Shown here in pieces: positions 11,585-33,746 of a stretch of DNA of 33,746 nt. A program made the position numbers and the translations under genes. Location of the stretch: positions 1-33,746 of the forward strand of contig CAJVPI010000353.1 in NCBI GenBank assembly GCA_910592345.1, in the 5' to 3' direction. How positions within the stretch are numbered: the stretch's first letter is position 1; each line of letters opens with the position of its first letter. The stretch comes from Paraglomus brasilianum (lineage: Eukaryota). The notes under the pieces were generated by a model. That model did no database searches. It saw nothing but the letters and a program-made list of their open reading frames with translations, and was not told where the DNA came from.

Positions 11585-12869
11585 TCATTGGATTACGCAA
11601 CAGCTGTTCGTCTGTTAGATGGAATAATATAGTCAGAACTCGAATAGATATGATATGAAAACTTGTCAATTGATTTAGTACCTTCTTTGCCTGTTTATAG
11701 AAAGCCTTGGACTGAAAGGATATATCTCTACTCCTATCGATGAGATCATCTAGTTTCTCTCCACGCTGGAGAAGACTCTCAATGGTTTTATTCTATTAAA
11801 AACAAGAATTAATTATATAGTTGGCAAAAATAAAACAAGTGATCGGGATGCCTATTCCTCCATTTACGGTTCAAATTTTCCAAGCATTATCACAGATATA
11901 TCTCCTTTGTAAAGATGTATATATTTACCATAACTTGTTTGGTTTCGTCCAGTTGTTCTTGCACCTTCATAATCTGATCTCCCTGTTTTGGATCTTGATA
12001 CTGGATCAAATACTCTCTCAATTCCGGAAAAGTAATTTTTTGTGTCCAAGTCTGTTTGGGAAACCGCACCAGGAATTCCTCAAGGACTTTATTCACCAGA
12101 GAAAATGCAACTCGTTGAGGATATTCAGAGTCTGTGATTATGATGCCCGATAGACCCTGAGGAATAGAGTAGGCATAGAATACGTAGTCTGCATGACAGA
12201 GTAAAGGGGAGAAGAAATGCCTTAGAAAGATCATCTATAATTATGTGCTGTGCACGACATGACTGAGACGTTCTTCGTAGGACCGATCAAATAATACGCT
12301 AAAGTGCGACTATAAATATACATCTGCAGAAATTTGCATAACTCAGAATCGGCTGTATAATTATTATTATTCATTCACGAATATTAGTAGTATTCAGTCG
12401 GTCAAAGGTTCGGATTGCATCCAAGTGCCGATCTTAAAACGCACCGTGCAGCACGTAACGAAAAGACTCTACAAACTACTACTCTACACCCACTTCATTG
12501 AAATCAGTAAGATGCGTACTGCTTTCTTCAACACTCTGTCTATGTCCTGGTTTAGTACGTTCTGCCACAGTCTTGGAGAAGAAGGTCAGGAATTCTTGTA
12601 CGCTACAAACAGTCATAATAACGAATTGCGTCAGTATCAGATGAGTAAAAGATTATCGCTGCTGCCTAGGCCGAATCAGCCAACTTCCTTGTTGATAAAT
12701 TAGACAATGATGATACTACAGGTAACCGAACCACGCAAGAGTCGATCGGTTTGTTGATCGCATACCTTCCACGCTGAAAATATCCAAAGTTTGAGAGCTC
12801 GAATTCTCCAGCCAATAACTTCAACTCCGTGGAAACATTAGAAAAAACGGTAATCGAGTATAGCTTCAT
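11585..12869 (-). CDS. YKT6: Longin R-SNARE Ykt6, five exons
   Basis: MKLYSI...[37 protein letters not shown]...[20 protein letters not shown]...[45 protein letters not shown]...[17 protein letters not shown]. Ends in a CC-aaX prenylation motif. Confidence 0.97.
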
Positions 12870-13456
12870 GACTCCTTATTCGAGCGCCGCTGCCACACTA
12901 TTGAGTAACGATAGAAAGCAGACTAGAGAATAAGAGTGATGGAGAGAAGCGCAGCAAGATTGCGTGCAGCAAGGCGAAGTTTAATAAATAACGGTTAACA
13001 CGCAAGTTTGTACGACTATATATGTCATGATTTGCAAAGGGAACGTTGCACAAATAGACCCTCTCTCCCATAAAAGAGATGACTTGTTATTTGCTCACGC
13101 ATGAACCTTTATTTGGTTCATAAATTGTCGCGAAATTAACCATTTCAGGTTTCCGTTTAATGTCAATAATTCTTTTGTGCTTTTGGCTGTTACGAACATA
13201 TTCGATTCGTACAATTGCTTTTTACGTTATCGACTCTGATTTTTAATATCCAATAATTGATTGCAGTGACTTTATTTATAAAGTTCCTAAGTAACATTTT
13301 AATTCACTGTATTTACTGTGCAAATTTATTCATGCTTGCAAGAAGACCAATTCAGTATATATCTATAATTTTATATGTTGATATATTAAACAATAAAAAG
13401 AAACAAGACGATCGTATGTGAATGATTATCTATAAATTTCGAACGGTCCAAATACA

Positions 13457-15250
13457 CTATTCGACGAACTTCCAAATCTTAACAATTCCATCATCACCCG
13501 TACTAGCCAAAAGTGCTCCAAACTTCTCCACCGGCGACCATTGGACACAGTTAACGTCTGAAACACTATGGGCGTTGTCGACAGACGCGATTAATTTATA
13601 AATTGGCATACTATCCCCACTCTCAACAGACTCCTCCGCTTCCTCATCGCGCTCAAATACCCTAATTATATTATCACCACCAGCACTAGCAACACGATCA
13701 TTGACTTTAGACCAGGAGACTGAATAAATACAGCGTCGATGGTAGCCCGAGAGTGTGCAAACACATTTCCACTTTGGTTCAGAAAATGAGGTGACTGAAG
13801 ATACATTCTCGGGATTGTCGGAACGATAGCAACGCCAAAATTTGAGTGTTTTATCATCAGAGGCGGAAACTATATATGTCGTTTACGAAACAGTAACAAT
13901 AATTAATACAGAGTAAAACGCTCAAATAGCACATTGGTAGCAACCCGTACCTAAATTGTCTCCCGACTTGTCAAAATCGATTGCCCAGACGGTGCTCCGA
14001 TGACCTTCCAGTGTATCGGAACAATACCAATCGTCGTCATCCTCTCGCCAGATCTTTATTGTATCATCGTAACTGGCCGATGCTAATAACTGCCATACAA
14101 AGACAAGCAAACACATGAACGGTAAAATTCATTTGCGAAACTCGTTAACCATCGCCCCTCTATCCCCTCACCCCTCCCTCTTTTCAAAAATCAAGAGACA
14201 TTTACGTCTTCGGTTGGATGCCAAACGACCATCTTAACATCTTGTGTGTGCTCTTGCAACACGCTTAAACATTCGAACTCACTATCCGAAACAACTATAG
14301 GGATTTACACAAGACCTATCAATAAGATTGATCTGATATAACAACACAATATAGACGACGTGGGAGTTTTCAAGGTTTAGACGATGAAATTGAAATAGTA
14401 AATTGATAATCGACGAGACTTATATCACTAGGGAGATAATAAGATAACAGCGACGTCTATTTACACACCTTCCCATATCCAGACACTTTTATCTCGACCG
14501 CACGTTGCAACGAGTGCACCGGAAGATGACCAGGCAACGGATTTGGTTTCATTCTCATGGCCTTCGAGTGTTGCAACACATTCATAGTCTTGTATCGAAA
14601 AAGAATTGCAGCAATTGGTCGATTGGCAATTAGGCGTCATTGCTAAATGTCCGTTCTACTTTCATAGCCGAATGCTCTTCTATTTTTTCTTATTTATCAT
14701 TCTTCTTACTACTATCCATCATCGTCCTTTGCTTTGCGAATTCACTCAAACTAACCTCCTCCGTCAGCATCGCGTTCCCAGATACCAGTAGTAGCATCAA
14801 AACTTGCAGTAGCCAACTGTCGACTGTTTCGACTCCAGGCGACGCTTCTTATCGTCTGCTTATGTGTCCCCTCTAATACATTTACGCATGTCCATTGCGA
14901 GGGATCGTCGGGAGAAGAGCAGACCCACAGTCGCACGGTCTGATCGCCACCACATGAAGCAAGGGTATTTCCTGAGGGTGACCACGCCACAGACCAAACT
15001 CGATCGGTATGACCTTGTGATTTGGAAAGAACGTGAGGAACCAAGAAGAACAGGGAGAGAAGGAAGGAAGAAATTTAAAAAAAGATCTATCGCATACTTC
15101 ACGTCTCATCCAATCATGATGAAAATACAGGCTTGGATACTAATATGCAATGAGTAGATTGTTGCTAATGAGATATACTTAGCAAGATAAGTAGGAAGAA
15201 GAGTCTGGGGACATACCTTTCAGTTCAGCTATTAATTCCAAGCGCGCCAT
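13457..15250 (-). CDS. CIA1: Cytosolic iron-sulfur assembly WD40 protein Cia1 (CIAO1), six exons
   Basis: [24 protein letters not shown]...[11 protein letters not shown]...[78 protein letters not shown]...[17 protein letters not shown]. Confidence 0.96.
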
Positions 15251-16180
15251 TCCGAGCAAGCTCTTCTTCTCTTCTAGACTGCCGTTTAATGTAACGTAAC
15301 CACAAGAAAGCTTGCCACATTAACACTGATAACACGAGAGTAAAGAGAGAGATGCAAATCGTTATCCTTACCGATAGAAATAGATGTATATTAATATGTC
15401 TTACTCGATTTAAATTCCTCAATTCTGATTGATTATCAACATCGCAGGATTGTCTAATACACGTGATCGTTCATTGTTGCATGAAAATAGTGACGCATTC
15501 TCAAATGGGTGGATTCAAAAAGAAACAATTTATATGTTTATAGACTTCATGGTGAGGCAGCAAGTGTATCAACAAAACACTAGAAGAATCTAAATTTGAT
15601 CCCATAGATATATACATTGCTCAATCATGATTTGAGGCAATGTCTACAACAAAAACTGGTGCAGTTTACTTATATGTTATGGGGCCAAATATGAATACAT
15701 AAGACAGACAACACTTAAAAAATATTGGAACAGTAGAAGTAGACTATTCGGTGAGCGGAAGTAAATTGTTCAGTGTAGATAATGCTAGCAAAAAAGAAGG
15801 GACTTTACCAAAGAACTTGATAAGCAAAGTAACCAGGAAACGCGAAAATAGTCTAATCACGAGATTGTGCGACCTCATCTTAAACATTCAAGGGCATTTC
15901 GATACGAGCTATTTAAAAATATGCGTAGATCTTAGCGTTTGTGTTGAAAAGCGTATCTCTTTGAGATCCAAGTCAACTAAATGTAGGGGTGAGCAATACG
16001 AACTGTTAGATAATGCGAAACCATAATTCAAAAAGGCCGTTTACTATGAGACCAAGTCTCGTGACAATAAATGGACACGATTTTAATCGGCCAATCAAAT
16101 GAACGGACCAACATACTCGACGGCAAAAAAATTTTAAGAGAAAAAAAAAAAAGTCAACCTCCGCATTTAACCCAAACGTT

Positions 16181-17688
16181 ATGGTCAGCTTTATCTGTGA
16201 CAGTTGTCAAGGTGACAATTTAGATCTATTATGATCTTTCATAAATTTTTAACATATTAAAATCAAATTGTCTTTCTTGTAGAGACTATCAGGAAACCAA
16301 AGGCTGAGCAGCATTTCGGTCGTTGTCGCGATGCCCAACTAACGTGCTTGGATTGCTCCCAGACATTCTACGGCTCCGCTTACAAAACACATACTAATTG
16401 CATTACTGAGCAGGAAAAGTATCAAAAAACTCTCTTCCAGGGGAAAAAGGTGCGGATCAACAATTGCCAATTTACCATATTAATGTTCTGGTTCAAAGCA
16501 AATCCAGTCCTACCTTCGGCATTGGAACGAGAGCGGCTCTAAGTCATAGTGGGGTTCCTAGTAGATGCAACGAGTGTACAAGGAAGAGCATGCTTGGCCG
16601 AAGAACCCCGTAGATAACGTGGAATTCTCAACTATCTAAAGAATATGATCCAAACATTTTTAGGCATATTAGTGAAAACATCATCGAAAAATATACAAAT
16701 TTTCTGATTTATATATTTTCTGATGGGTCCATATAATTAAAAGTCTTGGACTTAATGTCGGATTAGGTTTGAGTTTGACCAGAACATTGCTACTAGAATA
16801 AGGTATACTAAGCGCAATTGACGTTTTTATTTTAGAACAATAAACAGAATGGCAATAAAATTTCCAGATGGGTTGAGCGTCCGCGTGAACAAGAAAGCGA
16901 AAGCGAAAGTGGGAATGAAAGCGATGTTAAGAGCGAAATAGAAGTAACCAAGGAAAGTGCAACCAAGAACAAAACTCCATCTAATAAATCAAGCGAAGGC
17001 GAGAGCGAGAGCGAGGTTGATAGTATAATTGAGAAAGTTGAGATAAATGGGGTAAAGGATACTAAAGGCTCATCCGATGAATCAAGCGAAGGAGAGAGTG
17101 AAAGTGAGAGTGGAAGCGAGAGTGAAAATGAGAGCGAGAGCACAAGCAAAAAAGTTGAGGCAAACGGAATAAAGGATAGTAAAAGTTCATCCGATGAATC
17201 AAATGGAGAGAGTGAAACGGACAGCGAAAGCGAGGGTGAGAGCGCAAGTAAAAAAGTTGAGGCGAACGAAGTAAATGATGGCGACAGCTCGTCGGATGCA
17301 GCAAGTGAAACTGAGAGTGAAAGTGAGAGTGAGAGCGAAAGTAAAAAAGTTGAGGCAAACGGGTTAAAGGATACTAAGAATGAATCAAACGAAAGCGAAA
17401 GTGAAAATGAGAAAGTTCAGTCAAAAGCGGTAAATAATGCTAAGGGCACATCGAACAATTCCAGTGAAGGCGAGAGTGAAAGTGAGAACGAAAGTGAAAG
17501 TGATAGTGATACTGATAGTGATAGTGAGAAAGTTAAGACAAACGTAGTAAAGAATGCTAGGAGCTCATCAGACGAGTCAAGTGAAGGCGAGAGTGAGAGT
17601 GAGAGTGAGAGTGAAAAAGTTAAGGGAAACGCAGTAAAAAATGATAAGAGCTCATCAGACGAATCAAGTGGGGGCGAGAGTGAAAGTG

Positions 17689-17719
<31 letters not shown>

Positions 17720-17786
17720 AAGTGCGAAAGTTAAGGGAAATGCAGTAAAAGGTGCTAAGAGCTCATCAGACGAGTCAAGTGAAGGC

Positions 17787-17829
<43 letters not shown>

Positions 17830-17891
17830 CGAAGGTTAAGGGAAACGTAGTAAAGAATGCAAAGAGCTCGTCAGACGAGTCAAGTGAAGGC

Positions 17892-17935
<44 letters not shown>

Positions 17936-18101
17936 AAAAGTTAAGGGAAATGCAGTAAAAAATGCTAAAAGCTCATCAGACGAGTTAAGTGAAGGCGAGA
18001 GTGAAAGTGGGAGCGGGAGTGGGAGTGAGAGTGAGAATGCGAAAGTTAAGGGAAACGTTGTTAAGAATGCAAAGAGCTCGTCAGACGAGTCAAGTGAAGG
18101 C

Positions 18102-18133
<32 letters not shown>

Positions 18134-19466
18134 AAAAGTTAAAGGAAATGCAGTAAAAAGTGCTAAGAACCCATCTAACAATTCAAGTGGCACTGATAGT
18201 GGGAGTGGGAGTGATAGTGAGAATGAGGATGTAAGTGAGAAAGTTGAGACAAATGCAGTAAAGAATACCAAGGGCTCAACCGACGAATCAAGTGAGAATG
18301 AGAGTGAAACCGAGGAGGTCAAGTCAAGGACAAAGACTAAGAGCTTATCCGACGAATCAAGCGACGACGCTGATAACGAAAGTGAGAGTGATAATGAGAC
18401 TGATAGTGAGAGTGATGATGAGAACGAAAGTGAGAATGAGAAAACTAAGACAGACACAGTAAAGAACACAGTAAAAAACACGGTAAAAAACACAGTAAAA
18501 AACACTAACGGCTCTTCTGATGAATCAGGCGAAAGCAATAGTGAAAGTGAGAAAACTAAGACAAACAATGTAAATAACACTGATAGCTCGTCCGATAAAT
18601 TGAGTGAAAGTGATTCTGATGAAGATCTTGCATCGACTACTGGTTCGAAAAACAACCGAAAATTGGAGTCTAGTTTGACACAGTCCAAAAAATCTTCGGA
18701 AGATGAACAGACTAACCCCTCGCGGAAAGCTGCTTCTAAAACGGTATCACCTAATGGAAAAACTTTGAATGAACAAGTCTCCGGCTCATTTGAAAAGAGA
18801 TCGGAGGTAGAGGCAAAGACGAAATCAAAAAGAGCCAATAATAGTCAAGACGATTCGGAATATGAACCCGGCAGTTTAGCATCTTCTGAAAGTGATGAAA
18901 GTTCGAAACAATCAAAGAAAGCTGTCCAAGCAAGAAAGAAACCAAGGTTGTCTGATCCTACAATAAAGGCCATCTCGTCAAAAGAATCGGTTAACAACAG
19001 TACGGATAACAACAGTACGGAGACAATATTAAATAAATCTCAGCCCAATGGGAAATCCTCAACTCAGAAGGATAAAAGCGAACCCGGCGATTCAATCTCT
19101 TCTGAAAGTAAACACCCTGCGGACGAAGATAACGCACTTCCCGCCAAAAGGCGTAAACTCAACAGTAGCATGATTGCAAATGAGTCGGATTTTGGTTTGA
19201 GCATGCCTGCAACTGTGCGAGATACACTTAAGCAAGTAAAGGTAAGGGAATTGGTGCAGTTTAAACCAAATCGGCGTTTCAAGCGTTAAATAAGTATTCT
19301 TTTCTTATAGGAGAAGGAACTTTCGCTTGATAAATTGCAAGAACTCGTAGTCCAGAGGTTTACCTCAGTTCCCACGAATAGTACTTCGCCCGAGGAGTTG
19401 AGAAGCCAGTTTCTCAAAAATATCGTATTAGTACAGAATGCGAGAAGTATAACAGTGAAGAAGTGA
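16181..19466 (+). CDS. LYAR: LYAR-type C2HC zinc-finger nucleolar protein with a very long Ser/Glu- and Lys-rich repeat region (~919 aa, four exons)
   Basis: Exons 16181-16211, 16283-16449, 16836-19241 and 19311-19466. The N-terminus MVSFICDSCQETIRKPKAEQHFGRCRDAQLTCLDCSQTFYGSAYKTHTNCITEQEKYQ is the LYAR double finger. Exon 3 is in the same frame as the 18600-19289 ORF and I saw no stop upstream of it. Confidence 0.88.
16508..16659 (+). ncRNA. Candidate intronic box H/ACA snoRNA
   Basis: GC-richer island in the 386-nt LYAR intron 2. 5' hairpin: TCCT/AGGA base with inner GCATT/GATGC and GGAAC/GTTCC. H box AGAGCA at 16585-16590. 3' hairpin: TTGG/CCAA base with TAGATA/TATCTA upper stem. ACA at 16654-16656, 15 nt after the upper stem. 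No target identified. Confidence 0.45.
16890..18620 (+). repeat. Coding tandem array of ~16 units, consensus KVKGNAVKNAKSSSDESSEG(ES)n, with embedded GAGAGT microsatellites
   Basis: Units of mostly 85-120 bp. The central ones (17530-18180) are nearly identical and differ mainly in GAGAGT copy number; the flanking ones are degenerate. Confidence 0.9.
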
Positions 19467-20317
19467 AATCCTAATTATTGATCTCTTGTAATATTTCTAA
19501 TTTGTTATGTAAATGGGTATTTCACACTATGGCTAACACACGAGAGTCATAATCATCTATCACGTATATCACACTTTAACTATTACTATTCGCCACGTCA
19601 ATTAATAAATCAAATCTCTCGGTAAATCAGAAATTCCCCCTCCCCCAAAAAATACAAGTGTCGGTGGTCATATTTTTAATTGGAGATACAATCCTAAACC
19701 GATTTTAATAATCCACGTTCTTATGCAATGCAATTTTAGCGTTTGTGTGCGTAGAGTCGAGCTACAAGTTCATTATCATGGGGACGTTGTCGATAATGTA
19801 CTTTACGACTCTCCCGTTGGATTCAATATATAACGGCTAAATTTGGTAACTTCTTTACTTTAGTTAATGCAACCAAAACTTTTAGGATATCTATTTCAGA
19901 ATTTCACTAAATAAATTTAAGTTGTACTTTTACGTATTCCCTTAAAATCCAAATTTAACATTGCATTGACATTGTTGTCAACTGCCGTTTTTTAGTTTTT
20001 TCATATTCCAGCTAGTTGCGGATTAATTATGTATTGTTATCCGATGAATCAAGTAACAAGTGAAATATTCCTCTTATTTAGAGGAAGAGAACTTATCAGT
20101 AAGAAGGGAACTGACTTGAGTGATGAGTAAACAGAAATTCCAAAAATTCTGTACGCGTGTATTATTGTTAAACTAAATCGTTCAGAAGTTATCTTTGATG
20201 AATTTGTCTAGTTCATAAACATAAAACTAATTTTACCCAACAAACCAACCACAATCCAATAGGATCTATATCAATAATATTATAATACATAATATATAAC
20301 ACTCTAATGACATTATA

Positions 20318-33746
<13,429 letters not shown>

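Noticed and set aside
12255..12310. CTGAGA...GATC..ATAAT resembling a TPP riboswitch
   Set aside because: The required helices could not be built, it is antisense to the host gene, and YKT6 is unrelated to thiamine.
16090..16152. CCAAT and AAAAAAATTTT (RRPE-like) motifs upstream of LYAR
   Set aside because: Plausible for a ribosome-biogenesis gene, but too short to support in AT-rich DNA.
16482..16788. Identity of the LYAR intron RNA as U3, U17/snR30, RNase P/MRP, SRP, telomerase RNA or a group I intron
   Set aside because: The diagnostic motifs of each are absent or only partly matched.
17417..18838. 473-aa minus-strand Ser/Leu-rich ORF
   Set aside because: Antisense shadow of the GAGAGT-rich LYAR exon; low complexity keeps the frame open.

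Overview
Intron-rich, AT-rich eukaryotic DNA, most likely from an early-diverging fungus. Glomeromycota is my inference from the gene families and the minor introns. The left ~4.4 kb is a rearranged accessory zone. It holds three short direct repeats, a six-exon Uma2-like PD-(D/E)XK nuclease gene with an apparent 5' frameshift, a decayed P4-ATPase (flippase) fragment with an exact 146-bp internal inversion, and a fragment of a probable repeat family with a coiled-coil ORF. The rest is a block of conserved genes: a Mic12-like MICOS subunit (+), NRDE2 (-), YKT6 (-), CIA1 (-), a ~919-aa LYAR zinc-finger protein with Nopp140-like acidic/basic repeats (+), and most of a very large BEACH-WD40-FYVE gene (-) whose 5' end lies beyond the window. 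Signals the ORF track does not show: three U12-type minor-spliceosome introns (one AT-AC and one GT-AG in NRDE2, one GT-AG in the BEACH gene), a candidate box H/ACA snoRNA in the long LYAR intron, and a degenerate FYVE motif. All calls come from manual reading and motif recall; no searches were run.
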